The translations under genes were made by a program, and so were the position numbers. The notes under the pieces were generated by a model. That model made no database searches. It had not been told where the DNA came from and saw only the letters and a list, made by a program, of their open reading frames with translations. A stretch of DNA of 64,000 nucleotides from Candidatus Calescibacterium sp. GTDB taxonomy: Bacteria; Calescibacteriota; Calescibacteriia; Calescibacteriales; Calescibacteriaceae. This document shows, one piece after another, positions 42,309-52,639 of the stretch (the stretch's first letter is position 1; the number at the start of each line of letters is the position of its first letter). The stretch covers positions 62,893-126,892 of the forward strand of contig JAVVGL010000003.1 of assembly GCA_032249135.1 (NCBI GenBank), written 5' to 3'.

Positions 42309-43030
42309 TTAAGAAATTCTCTTATCTTTTTGATGGCTTCATCTACTCTTTGTGATTCAATAACCTTCCTTATTATTGCACTTCCTACTATTATACCATC
42401 TATATGGTCTTTTAGTGAAATAACATGCTCTCTTTTTGATATTCCAAAACCTACAAATACATCTTTTTTAGATATTTTTTTTACCTTTTTTATGTTTTCT
42501 ATTATATCATCTGGTAATTTTTCTCTTTCTCCTGTTGTTCCTGTAACTGATATATAGTATATGAAACCTGTTGTTTTTTCTGCTATTTTTTTTATTCTTT
42601 TTTCCTTTGTTGTTGGAGCAACAAAATTTACTGTTTTTAATCCGTATTTTTCCATAATCTCAAAAATTCTATCACCTTCTTCCGGAATAAGGTCCGGAAC
42701 AACTATTCCATATACTCCGGAATCTTTTGCTCTTTTTATAAACTCCTCTTCTCCTTTTCTCATTACTATGTTGTAATATGTCATTAAAAGTATTTCCTTT
42801 TTTGGAAACATAGATTTGAGTTTTCCAGCTATTTCAAATGCTTGCGATACTCTGAATCCACTTTCAAGAGCTTTCGCTGATGAAAATTGAATAGTTGGAC
42901 CATCAGCAATTGGATCAGAAAAAGGAATACCTATTTCAAGCATATCCACAACTTCTAAAATTTCCTTCATTATAACGAAAGATGATTCAATATCCGGAAA
43001 TCCGCAAGTAAAATATGCACAGATTTTCAT
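42284..43030 (-). CDS. trpA: Tryptophan synthase alpha chain
   Basis: EIGIPFSDPIADGPTIQ, PDL, GFIYYISVTGTTG, VGFGIS, VGSA. Confidence 0.97.
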   Translation of the reverse strand: MKICAYFTCGFPDIESSFVIMKEILEVVDMLEIGIPFSDPIADGPTIQFSSAKALESGFRVSQAFEIAGKLKSMFPKKEILLMTYYNIVMRKGEEEFIKRAKDSGVYGIVVPDLIPEEGDRIFEIMEKYGLKTVNFVAPTTKEKRIKKIAEKTTGFIYYISVTGTTGEREKLPDDIIENIKKVKKISKKDVFVGFGISKREHVISLKDHIDGIIVGSAIIRKVIESQRVDEAIKKIREFLNYISPGQR

Positions 43031-43129
43031 AGCAAAACAAATTTCAATTTATAGATTATTTTTCTTTTTATAGATTATTTTTCTTTGAAAAAAACTTTCC
43101 AAATAAATAAATTCCAAAATTAAAGTAAA

Positions 43130-43708
43130 GTGAGTGGGAGAGTTTCAAGTATTGAGAAGAAAACGAAAGAGGTAGAAGTTCGTATTTCAGTAAATATAGA
43201 TGGTAAGGGGGAAAGGAAAATCAGCACATCAATAGGTTTCCTTGATCACATGTTGGAAATATTTTCAGAATTTTCCTTATTTGATATTGAAGTTGAAGCA
43301 AAAGGAGACACAAATGTAGATTATCATCATCTCACAGAAGAGATTGGTATATGTTTTGGTAAAGCAATAAGGGAAGCGTGCGGAGATGATATAGAAAGGT
43401 TTGCAGATGCAAAGGTCCCCCTTGATGAAGCCTTATGTGAGTTCGTTCTTGACATATCTGGGAGACCTTATTTCTTCATACATAATTTTAATCTCATAAG
43501 AGAATCTTACTATGCAAATATTTTGCATGTTTTTTTTGATGGTGTAGCTCGTGGCGGAGGATTTACCCAACACTGTATAATAAATTATGGTATGAATTCA
43601 CATCACATAGTAGAAGCATGCTTTAAGGCTGCTGCTTTATGTTTTAGGAGAGCAACAAGAAAAAGAGATTTGAATAAACCCTCTTCAACAAAAGGTTACA
43701 TCTTCTGA
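43130..43708 (+). CDS. hisB: Imidazoleglycerol-phosphate dehydratase
   Basis: GFLDHML, DYHHLTEE, PLDEA, SGRP, NSHHIVEACFKA, SSTKG. Confidence 0.96.
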   Translation: MSGRVSSIEKKTKEVEVRISVNIDGKGERKISTSIGFLDHMLEIFSEFSLFDIEVEAKGDTNVDYHHLTEEIGICFGKAIREACGDDIERFADAKVPLDEALCEFVLDISGRPYFFIHNFNLIRESYYANILHVFFDGVARGGGFTQHCIINYGMNSHHIVEACFKAAALCFRRATRKRDLNKPSSTKGYIF

Positions 43709-43821
43709 TTGTTCTATTGACTTTTTCTGTCTTCCGGTACATTCAAATTTTTAAGTCCAAAAAAGTTTCCGAATTTTTTGATTTTCTGATCTATCTTTTT
43801 GATTTGAATAATGCTTTTTAT

Positions 43822-44337
43822 ATGCTTGCAGAAAAATATGCGAAAGCATTGATTTTTGCGGCGAAAGAAAAAAATTTACTTGAAAAAGTTTTTGAGGATA
43901 TGAAATCTTTTCAAGAGCTCTTCTCTTCTGAACCAGTAAATTTCCTTATAAAGTCCCCTGCGTATTCAAAGCAAAGAAAATTAGAGTTTATAGAATCAAT
44001 ATCAAAGCAGAAAAATTTTTCTGATATTTTCTCTAATTTTTTGAAGCTGATCATAAGAAAAAAAAGAGAATTCATCATAGATGACATAATAAAATATTTT
44101 TTCTTTATATATTTTAGGGAGGTAGGTATAGAGAATGTTACAGTAATTTGTGCCGATGAACCAGATCCGACTTGGATAGACCAAATAAAAAGGACACTTG
44201 AAGAAAAGTTTAGGAAAAAAGTAAATATAAACTTGAGAATAGATAAAAAGCTCATCGCAGGATTTGAGATAGTGGGAGATGGATGGAGAATATCATCATC
44301 TGTCAGAGATTTCTTTCAAAATTTATTAAAATCGTAG
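43822..44337 (+). CDS. atpH: ATP synthase F1 delta subunit
   Basis: AEKYAKAL, SP, NFLKL, IDKKLIAGF, SSV. Confidence 0.8.
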   Translation: MLAEKYAKALIFAAKEKNLLEKVFEDMKSFQELFSSEPVNFLIKSPAYSKQRKLEFIESISKQKNFSDIFSNFLKLIIRKKREFIIDDIIKYFFFIYFREVGIENVTVICADEPDPTWIDQIKRTLEEKFRKKVNINLRIDKKLIAGFEIVGDGWRISSSVRDFFQNLLKS

Positions 44338-44395
44338 GAAATATATGTATCAGCAGATTAGGTATCAGCAGATATTAAGCGTTTGCAGTAGCTAA

Positions 44396-44590
44396 TCATT
44401 CAGGTGGGAAAAAGGTATAACTTACCCATATAAGTATTCCGAGAAGAATAATTCCGATCGCTATGCTCCATAATACAAGTTTCTTTTCAACCGGGAGCAT
44501 CTCTTCATATTCCATCTTTTCCAATTCTTCCGATATTTTTGTTTTCTCTCTTTGATTTTCTTCTCTTTTGAGTTTTTGCTCCTTTGCCAT
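44396..44590 (-). CDS. Small single-pass membrane protein, partner of YeiH-like transporter
   Basis: EYEEMLPVEKKLVLWSIAIG..; GGAGG RBS. Confidence 0.65.
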   Translation of the reverse strand: MAKEQKLKREENQREKTKISEELEKMEYEEMLPVEKKLVLWSIAIGIILLGILIWVSYTFFPPE

Positions 44591-44613
44591 TTATTTATTA
44601 CCTCCTCGTTTAA

Positions 44614-44914
44614 CTAGTCACTAATTACCGGAGGTTTTACCCCGTGGAAAAATATCCATGAAATCAGAAGTCCTATCCATATTATGAACCCAAATAAGCA
44701 TACAAAATAAGCAAGTGCAAGTTTTCCTATGCGCTCTTTCCAAAGATTTTTGAAGTTTGACACAACACCGATAGTGAAAAATGTGAATAAGAAAAATAGA
44801 ACCCTAAACATTAATATCTGCAAAATTCAGCAAAGATACTGCAAAGAACAATATTGCTAACCAGAATGCTAACCAATCCTCATTTAATAATGATCTGTTC
44901 CTTTTTTCTCTCAT
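44614..44914 (-). pseudogene. YeiH/putative sulfate exporter family gene with large internal deletion
   Basis: N-terminus MREKRNRSLLNEDWLAFWL (ATG 44914) joined out of frame to C-terminal FRVLFFLFTFFTIG...FFHGVKPP. Confidence 0.6.
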
Positions 44915-45128
44915 ATTTAAGCAATACAGTCAGGTTAGCTCTGACCATATAGGAAAATTCACTATAATTTCCGGAAAAATAAATCTCAATTCTTCAAAAA
45001 ACTTCAAAAGACTGACCTATTAGAGCTCGCCTATATTCCCCAAACTTTTAAGCCAAAGCAAAAAGTAAATGAATGAAAAAAAATTCTTATCATAACACAA
45101 ATAAAATCCGACTTACTTAAAATTAAGT

Positions 45129-45380
45129 ATGTCAAAAATAAAAGTAGATGAAAAAGAGATTGAGAATAAATTGCGAAAACTCCCCGAAAATCTAAAAAAA
45201 GAAGTTTTAGATTACATTGAATTCTTAATCAAAAAGTATAGAAGAGAATTAAATAAAAAAGAAAAAGGAAAAGAAAACAAAGTAAAAGGATTTAAATTTG
45301 ACTGGGAGGGAGGACTTGCAGACCTAAAAGATAAATTTACATCTGTTCAATTACAGCATAAAGCATCAGATTGGAGATAA
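45129..45380 (+). CDS. DUF2281-family putative antitoxin (orphan)
   Basis: LPENLKKEVLDYIEFL, FDWEGGL, SVQLQHKA; followed only by overlapping ATG TTT TAG. Confidence 0.75.
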   Translation: MSKIKVDEKEIENKLRKLPENLKKEVLDYIEFLIKKYRRELNKKEKGKENKVKGFKFDWEGGLADLKDKFTSVQLQHKASDWR

Positions 45381-45451
45381 TGTTTTAGATTCAATTTAAA
45401 AATTCTTACGATAACACAAACTAAATTCAAACTACTTAAAATTGAATTGCT

Positions 45452-46651
45452 ATGGCGAAAATAAGAGTAGAAGACGGGAAACTCATAGTTCCTGACGAGG
45501 TTGATATACCTTTCATAGAAGGAGATGGAACTGGACCTGATATTTCTCGTGCGGCAAAAATTGTATTTGAAGCTGCAGTGAAAAAAGCTTATGGTGGGAA
45601 ACGAAAAGTAAATTGGATAGAAGCTCTCGCAGGTGAAAGTGCTTTCAAAAAAGTAGGAAAATGGCTACCAGAAGAAACAATTGAACTCATAAAAGAACAT
45701 ATCGTTGCAATAAAAGGACCACTCACTACCCCAGTCGGTGGAGGAATAAGATCTATAAATGTCACATTAAGACAAATTTTTGACCTTTACGCTTGCATCA
45801 GACCCGTAAAATATTTCAAAGGAGTTCCCTCCCCTCTCAAATATCCAGAAAAGGTTGACACAGTCGTTTTCAGAGAAAATACAGAAGATGTTTATATGGG
45901 AATAGAATGGAAATACGATTCCGAAGAAGCTAAAAAAATAAGAAAGTTTTTAAAAGAAGAATTCGGAATATCTTTGAGAGATGACGCAGGAATAGGAATA
46001 AAACCAATATCTGAATTCGGAACAAGAAGGCTCATGAGAAAAGCTATAAAATATGCTCTTGAAAACAATAGAAAAAGCATAACAATAATGCACAAAGGAA
46101 ACATAATGAAATACACAGAGGGAGCTTTCAGAGAGTGGTGCTACAAAACAGCAAAAGAAGAGTTCGGAGATAAAACTATCCAAGAAGCAGAACTCGCAGA
46201 AGGGAAACCACAAAACGGCAAAATAATAATAAAAGATAGAATAGCAGATAATATGTTCCAACAAATACTCACAAGACCAGATGAATACGACATCATAATA
46301 TGTCCAAACTTGAACGGAGATTATATCTCTGACGCATTAGCAGGACTTGTCGGTGGTCTCGGAGTAGCTCCCGGTGCTAACATAGGAGATTACTACGCAA
46401 TCTTTGAAGCAACTCACGGAACAGCTCCAAAATATGCAGGTCTTGATAAAGTCAATCCAACATCCCTAATCCTTTCAGGAGCTATGATGTTTGAATACAT
46501 AGGTTGGCATGAAGCTGCGAAAATCATTTACGATGGTATAAGCAGAACTTTCTCTAAAAAAATATTCACTTACGATCTCGCACGACAAGACCCAGAAGCC
46601 AAAGAAGTAAAATGCTCAGAATTCGCAAAAGCAGTAGTTGATAATATGTAA
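45452..46651 (+). CDS. icd: NADP-dependent isocitrate dehydrogenase
   Basis: [52 protein letters not shown]. Confidence 0.98.
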   Translation: MAKIRVEDGKLIVPDEVDIPFIEGDGTGPDISRAAKIVFEAAVKKAYGGKRKVNWIEALAGESAFKKVGKWLPEETIELIKEHIVAIKGPLTTPVGGGIRSINVTLRQIFDLYACIRPVKYFKGVPSPLKYPEKVDTVVFRENTEDVYMGIEWKYDSEEAKKIRKFLKEEFGISLRDDAGIGIKPISEFGTRRLMRKAIKYALENNRKSITIMHKGNIMKYTEGAFREWCYKTAKEEFGDKTIQEAELAEGKPQNGKIIIKDRIADNMFQQILTRPDEYDIIICPNLNGDYISDALAGLVGGLGVAPGANIGDYYAIFEATHGTAPKYAGLDKVNPTSLILSGAMMFEYIGWHEAAKIIYDGISRTFSKKIFTYDLARQDPEAKEVKCSEFAKAVVDNM

Positions 46652-46738
46652 ATTAGAAAGATAAGCATAAATAAACAAACAAAAGAAATTACTTTATAAA
46701 AACTTATTTAAACTTAAACTTGTTTTAAACTTAAACTT

Positions 46739-47992
46739 GTGAGAAAAATTCAAGTTTTGCTCGTATTAGGAGCTCAGTGGGGAGATGAAGGAAAAGGAAA
46801 AATAGTAGATTTCCTATCTAAATACTTTGATTACGCTGTAAGATTTCAGGGAGGACCTAATGCAGGTCATACAGTAGTATTTGACGGCAGAAAAATAGTT
46901 CTACATACAATACCATCGGGGATCTTAAGAGAAAATTGCTGCGCTGTCATGTCAAATGGAGTTCTCATAGATATAGATGTTCTCGAAAAGGAATTCAAAT
47001 CTCTAAAAGATTTAGGAGTAGATTTTAAAGGGAGACTTTTCATTTCAAACCTATGCCACATAATTTTACCCCTACACAAAAAATTGGACGCTCTTTTAGA
47101 TACCAGACAAAAAATAGGAACAACAAAAATGGGAATCGGTCCAGCAGTTGAGTTCAAAGTCGCAAGACACGGAATAAGAATAAAAGACCTTTTCTCGCAA
47201 GAAATTAAAACACTTCTGAAAGAAAACATTGAATATGCTCAAAAACTTATAAAGAGCTTCAATCATACCGATCACGAAAACGATATCAATTTTGAGGAAC
47301 TTTATAGCAAGCTTATGAAATTTGCAGAAAAAATACACGATTTCGTTACAGATACCCAAAAACTTCTCAGAAAAAAAATAGAAGAAGGAAAGAAAATTTT
47401 ACTTGAAGGAGCTCAAGGAATACTTTTAGATATTGATTTTGGAACCTATCCATTTGTTACCTCAACAAACACATCCCCGGGTGGTTCAATTTGCGGAACT
47501 GGGATTAATCCCAAAAGTATAGATGCTATTTTGGGAGTAGTAAAAGCTTATACAACACGGGTTGGCGGTGGTCCTTTCCCCTCTGAAATTAAAGACGAAA
47601 ATGAAGCTCAAACTTTGAGGGAACTCGGAGGTGAATACGGCTCCACAACAGGAAGACCAAGGAGAGTTGGATGGTTAGATATCCCACTTTTGAAATACTC
47701 AAAAAACATAGCTTACTTTGATTTTTTAGCTCTAACTAAAACAGATGTACTTGAAAAACTTGGAAAATCCTTTTATGTAGAAAAATATTTATACAGAGAT
47801 GTAGAAATATATGAACCAGATACAACAGTTGATATAAGCCAAGTAGTTCCCGTGCTTTGTGAGGTAAAAAGGAATTCTGAGATAAAAAATATAATTGAGG
47901 GTGAGCTCGGATTGAAAGTTGTGATAAATTCATTTGGACCAGACAGAAGTAAAATTGAAATTGATGAAAATTTCCTCTCACTCATCCAGTAG
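46739..47992 (+). CDS. purA: Adenylosuccinate synthetase
   Basis: GAQWGDEGKGK, QGGPNAGHT, EGAQG, GTYPFVTS, TTGRPRRVGW. Confidence 0.98.
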   Translation: MRKIQVLLVLGAQWGDEGKGKIVDFLSKYFDYAVRFQGGPNAGHTVVFDGRKIVLHTIPSGILRENCCAVMSNGVLIDIDVLEKEFKSLKDLGVDFKGRLFISNLCHIILPLHKKLDALLDTRQKIGTTKMGIGPAVEFKVARHGIRIKDLFSQEIKTLLKENIEYAQKLIKSFNHTDHENDINFEELYSKLMKFAEKIHDFVTDTQKLLRKKIEEGKKILLEGAQGILLDIDFGTYPFVTSTNTSPGGSICGTGINPKSIDAILGVVKAYTTRVGGGPFPSEIKDENEAQTLRELGGEYGSTTGRPRRVGWLDIPLLKYSKNIAYFDFLALTKTDVLEKLGKSFYVEKYLYRDVEIYEPDTTVDISQVVPVLCEVKRNSEIKNIIEGELGLKVVINSFGPDRSKIEIDENFLSLIQ

Positions 47993-50861
47993 GATACCCA
48001 AAATAACAAAAATAACAATTCTATCTTTTTTTTATTTTTTCTTCGTAATCCATCAACTTTCAGCTTATGCTGACTGCGAAGGTGAAAAATTCAAATTCAT
48101 AATAGTAAATAGTTTACACAATGCAAAAATAACTTGTGAAAACTTGAAAGATAAAAACAAAGAAAAAGAAAAAGTAAAAGAAACCATTTCCCCAGAATAT
48201 AGTTCAAGACTTCTTGATTTTATATGTAGTCTTGAAGAAAAATGCCTCAATACAATTCAAATCCAAAACATTTTAAAGAACTTAACATCCTCCAAAATCA
48301 TAAACAACTTCAAAATAGAGGACAAAGTGGTATCAATCTTTCCCAACATAATGATAAAGAAAGTAAATATTACACACGACAAAACGATGGAAAAACTCAA
48401 AGAATTGCAAGAGATAAAAACAAAAATCAAAAATGAGTTTGAAGGTAAATTTATATCAGATATAAAAACAGAAGAAAAAATATGCGAACAAATCCTAAAA
48501 GAAGAAGGACTGATTGATCAAAAATGCTCAATAGAACTCAAAAGTATAAGGTTTGAAGAATCAGAACTCAATATAAAAATATCAGGTAGATTTCAAAAAA
48601 TAAACGAAATCAAAATAAATGGAGTAAGTCAGGAGGAAAAAGAAGAATTATTGAGGAGGTTAGAGAAAAATTTTAAGGGTAAAGTGATGAAAGACAGCAA
48701 CATAAATTCAATTGAAAAAGAAGTAAAAGAATTTATGTATGAGCTTGGTTTTTACAAATTTGAAGTAAAATTAGAAAAAAAAGATAGTTCAATTGAAATA
48801 TCAATAAAACCAAATAAAAGGCACACAGTTTTTTTGAATATAGAGAGAGAAAAGGAGTTAGGAATAAATTCAAGAAAAATCCTTTCACAAATTCCGAAAC
48901 TTCAATTCATATCCGAAAGATCTATAAAGAACCTAATAGCAGAATCGCTCAGAAAAGATGAAATACCAGTAGATAGCGTAGAATACAAGGAAATTGATCT
49001 TGAAGACATAACAATTTTGAGTATAGATGTAAAACTTGCAAAACTCTATTATCTCACAGACTTCAAAATATATGGACTTGAAAAACTTGACGAAGACGAA
49101 ATAAAAAGAAAAATCGGAGTAAAAACCAAAGGCATAATAAATATTTTCTACATAAGATATGCATTATACACGGAAAAACAAATTGACAATTTTATATATG
49201 AAATCGTAGGATATGCTAAATCAAAAGGTTTTGACCAGTTCAGAATAGAAAAAGTTCAGAAAACAAAAATTCAAGATGAAATAAAAGTAGAGGTATATGC
49301 AAAAGAAGGAGAAAGAACTGTAATTTCAAAAATTCGGGCTCTGAATTTCCCAGAAAATGTTGAAAGTATTATTCCTAAAACTCCTATGTTCTATGACTTT
49401 GAAAAAATATCGGACCTAAAAGATAATCTACAAAAATATTTGGAAGATAAAGGTTATAGAAACTTCAAAATAGAAGTTATAGAAGAGAGGGAAACAAAAA
49501 TTTTGAAAAACATCTATCTTGTTTATGTTGGAGACGAACAAAAATCCGAGCTTGGTCAAATTTTTATATACACTGAAACCTCTCCCGAATACATAAAGAA
49601 AATCGCAGATATAAAAGAAGGTAAAACAATATCCGGCAAATATTTAGAAAGAATAGAAAATGAAATCATAAGGACTCAATATTTCAAACATTTTCAGATA
49701 AATCTCTCAGAATTAGGAGAATCGGAAATACACAACGAAAAAAGCAATAGCATATCTGAATTTACGAAAGATAACAAAAATAATAAAAACAAAATTCTCC
49801 AACCACCCCCAACAAAAAAGTATATGCTGACAATACAAGGATATGAGAGTGATCTAAATGAGGTAGAGGTATCAGGGGGATTATCAACCGTAGAAGGTGT
49901 AAGAGGGAGGATACAATACACAAGAAAAAATATATTGTTTTCAGGTATAGATTTCAGAACAAATTTCAGAACAGCTTACTGGATTTTTCCATTTGGAAGA
50001 GATTTCGGTATAACATTCCTTGGTGCAGGTGCAGAAATAACAAGAAGAAAACTTATTGGAGGTTTTGACTCATCTTTGCTTTTCTCTCCATTCTACACGA
50101 GTACATTCTTATTTACAATACAAAAACCTGTTTTCTCATCAGCGACTTTATCTCAATCTCACGAGAAAATAAAAATTTCAATCCCAATATCTTTTGAGCT
50201 AAGAGAACTTCTCTCGTGGGATACTAATGCCTTTAAGATAAGACCTGAAAACGCAGGTCTAAGAGAAATATTTGTAATATTCCCTTCAATATCTTTTACT
50301 CAAACATTCAGCAAGAGCAACCAATTCAAAATCGGAATAAAATCAGAATTCATAAAACCCATAAGTAAAAATTTCTCATCAAAGATTGAAATAGGAGGAG
50401 AGTATTACAACATAGGAAGATTCGGAGGATTCGGACTAGCAGCATCCATAGGCAGAATAATGCTATATGAAAATCTTTATGATGTCCCGATAGAAAGGAG
50501 ATTTTTTATAGGAGGGATGAACGGTCCGCGAGGATATCAGGAGATATCAATTTTCCCTCAAAAATTGTATTCAAAGGAATATTTGGAAGTAAATCCAGAA
50601 AAATTAAAAACGGCAGAAAATAAAATCGTGTTATTATCAGAAATATATGCACCAAAAATCTTTTTTGCAACACCTTACTTTTTCTTTGATTTGGGAAATG
50701 TATTTCATGACGGAGATAAATTAGAATTTTTCAAGGGAACTGGTCCAGGAATTATGTTAGATACACCTTTCGGAATTTTCAGGTTTGAATTAGGATATGG
50801 AATAGAAAGAAAAACATTTATAATTCACTTTTCAGTAGGTTTTATGCGAAACATAATTTAA
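47964..50861 (+). CDS. BamA/TamA (Omp85) family outer membrane protein with multiple POTRA-like domains
   Basis: Signal peptide (AYA-D), RFFIGG..GPRGY, FFDLGNV, TPFGIFRFELGY, C-terminal barrel. Confidence 0.8.
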   Translation: MKISSHSSSRIPKITKITILSFFYFFFVIHQLSAYADCEGEKFKFIIVNSLHNAKITCENLKDKNKEKEKVKETISPEYSSRLLDFICSLEEKCLNTIQIQNILKNLTSSKIINNFKIEDKVVSIFPNIMIKKVNITHDKTMEKLKELQEIKTKIKNEFEGKFISDIKTEEKICEQILKEEGLIDQKCSIELKSIRFEESELNIKISGRFQKINEIKINGVSQEEKEELLRRLEKNFKGKVMKDSNINSIEKEVKEFMYELGFYKFEVKLEKKDSSIEISIKPNKRHTVFLNIEREKELGINSRKILSQIPKLQFISERSIKNLIAESLRKDEIPVDSVEYKEIDLEDITILSIDVKLAKLYYLTDFKIYGLEKLDEDEIKRKIGVKTKGIINIFYIRYALYTEKQIDNFIYEIVGYAKSKGFDQFRIEKVQKTKIQDEIKVEVYAKEGERTVISKIRALNFPENVESIIPKTPMFYDFEKISDLKDNLQKYLEDKGYRNFKIEVIEERETKILKNIYLVYVGDEQKSELGQIFIYTETSPEYIKKIADIKEGKTISGKYLERIENEIIRTQYFKHFQINLSELGESEIHNEKSNSISEFTKDNKNNKNKILQPPPTKKYMLTIQGYESDLNEVEVSGGLSTVEGVRGRIQYTRKNILFSGIDFRTNFRTAYWIFPFGRDFGITFLGAGAEITRRKLIGGFDSSLLFSPFYTSTFLFTIQKPVFSSATLSQSHEKIKISIPISFELRELLSWDTNAFKIRPENAGLREIFVIFPSISFTQTFSKSNQFKIGIKSEFIKPISKNFSSKIEIGGEYYNIGRFGGFGLAASIGRIMLYENLYDVPIERRFFIGGMNGPRGYQEISIFPQKLYSKEYLEVNPEKLKTAENKIVLLSEIYAPKIFFATPYFFFDLGNVFHDGDKLEFFKGTGPGIMLDTPFGIFRFELGYGIERKTFIIHFSVGFMRNII

Positions 50862-50953
50862 CAGTCAGTTGTTAAGTTAAAAATTTAGTATTCTAATCCT
50901 TACCCATACCTGATGAGGACCTAAAAATTGTTCAATTTTAACAAAATAAAAAA

Positions 50954-51653
50954 ATGATAAGAAGAAAAGAGGTTAAAAGGGCTTTTCCTTCTATTAGTAA
51001 GCATTACGGTATTTTTCCGGGTTATCATCGGCAGGATGTAAGAAAAAATCTGCTCAAACAGGACTGTCAGGTTCCCAAAGCTCAACAGGGGGACAAGTAT
51101 ATCCAAGCACATCAACAACACAGCAAGTATATCTCAAGGCTCAACTTCCGCTAAAACTATCGGTGGGAGGAGTACTTTTGATACAGCTAATTCAATCATC
51201 CAGAGTAGTGATAGAGGATATGTTGTTGCTGGTAAAACTTGGAGTTTTGGAGCAGGTGGGGCTGATTTTTATGTAGTGAAGTTAGATGCTAATGGGAATG
51301 TATGTTTTTCTCAAAATATTACAAATTACTCTGTATCATCAACCGTACCTAGTTTTTCATCTCCATCAACGGTCGCAATTTCACAATCTCCTACGGTTAA
51401 TTCTGTATCTCCTACTGTAAGTTATGGGGGTTCTGTGTCAGATGTTTGTGCATTGGCATCAGCTCCGCATATATGTTCTGAAAGTCAAGATTGTGGTTTC
51501 GGCTCCGCAATCGCAAGCGGAGAAAAAGAAGATGTTAAATCTTATGGGTGTTCGGTAGGCAGAATTTTTTTAAGATTTCTCATTCCTGCTTCTACGCTAA
51601 TTGTTTATGGTTGGTTGAGAAAGAAGAGGAAGAAAAAGAAAGATGGAATTTGA
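50954..51653 (+). pseudogene. Degraded lipoprotein/surface protein with one beta-propeller-type repeat and GCS-TM-basic C-terminal tail
   Basis: Signal peptide and lipobox (SAGC) split across frames; KTIGG...SIIQSSDRGYVVAG.T.SFGAGGADFYVVKLDANGN; YGCSV+hydrophobic+RKKRKKKK. Confidence 0.6.
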
Positions 51654-51718
51654 TGTTTTTGAGTTTGAGGTTTTTAGAGATTTGACAAAATCCTCCCAAG
51701 TTAGACTTCACTTTTATT

Positions 51719-52639
51719 TCACTTATGGTTTCTGAAAACTTTGACAAAGTCCTCCCAATTTTCTGATTTTATTACTTCTTTTTTTATCTTTTCCAACCTG
51801 TTTATATCATTTATTTTATCTAAAAGGTTTTTGATTTGTTTTGCCTTTGAGCTACCAAACTTAAACTTAATGTCAAGAAAGATTGCCTTTTTTAGACCTT
51901 CTTTAAGACCTTTTATAAGTCCCCTTCTTTCTCCTCTTTTTTCTCCCTCTCTTTCCCCCCATTTATAAAAAAGAGTTTTTCTTATATCTATTTGTATTGG
52001 CATAGGTTCTGCTTTTATCTCAACATCAAATAAACCGCCTAAAAAACTTATATCTTCCATATATTTTAAAAGTTCTTTTTTGTTTTTGACAATTTTTGAA
52101 ATCTTTCTTATTACTTTTTTGAATACTTCTTGTTTCTCTCTGTATTTTCCGGCTAAAACTCCCAAAATGACTTCTTCTGGCTTATTACTTCCTAAAAATT
52201 CATCAGGGTCTATTTTCTTCAAATCAACAACTTTGAATTTAAGGAATTTAAATTCTGACCTGAAATAAGAAGGAGTAGGATTTCCCTTACCCACAAATAA
52301 AACTATCTGTACAGGTTCTTTGCCGAACTTCTCTTCAATAACAACAGAATATATAAGCATTCTTTTGGGTAAAGTTTTATCTTGTTGAGCTTGGATTTCA
52401 ATATGGAAGATTTTATCACCGGCTTTAAAGAGCATATCTGGTCGGAGGGATTTGAGGAACTTTACTTCCTGAGTTATATCTTCAAGTTTTTCCTTTATTT
52501 TCTCACCAGTGGCTATTGAGATAATTTTTCCTACTGCCCCTGAGAAAATTTCTTTTAAGACAAGGTCAAACCTTCTTAATTCTCTTTTCCGCTTATATTT
52601 TCTTTTTTCTCTTTGACGTTCTCTTTTATTCTTCTTCAT
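51719..52639 (-). CDS. Rpn/YhgA-like PD-(D/E)XK nuclease (paralog 2)
   Basis: LRPDMLF, FHIEIQ, LPKRMLIY, GEREGEKRGERRG repeats. Confidence 0.8.
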   Translation of the reverse strand: MKKNKRERQREKRKYKRKRELRRFDLVLKEIFSGAVGKIISIATGEKIKEKLEDITQEVKFLKSLRPDMLFKAGDKIFHIEIQAQQDKTLPKRMLIYSVVIEEKFGKEPVQIVLFVGKGNPTPSYFRSEFKFLKFKVVDLKKIDPDEFLGSNKPEEVILGVLAGKYREKQEVFKKVIRKISKIVKNKKELLKYMEDISFLGGLFDVEIKAEPMPIQIDIRKTLFYKWGEREGEKRGERRGLIKGLKEGLKKAIFLDIKFKFGSSKAKQIKNLLDKINDINRLEKIKKEVIKSENWEDFVKVFRNHK

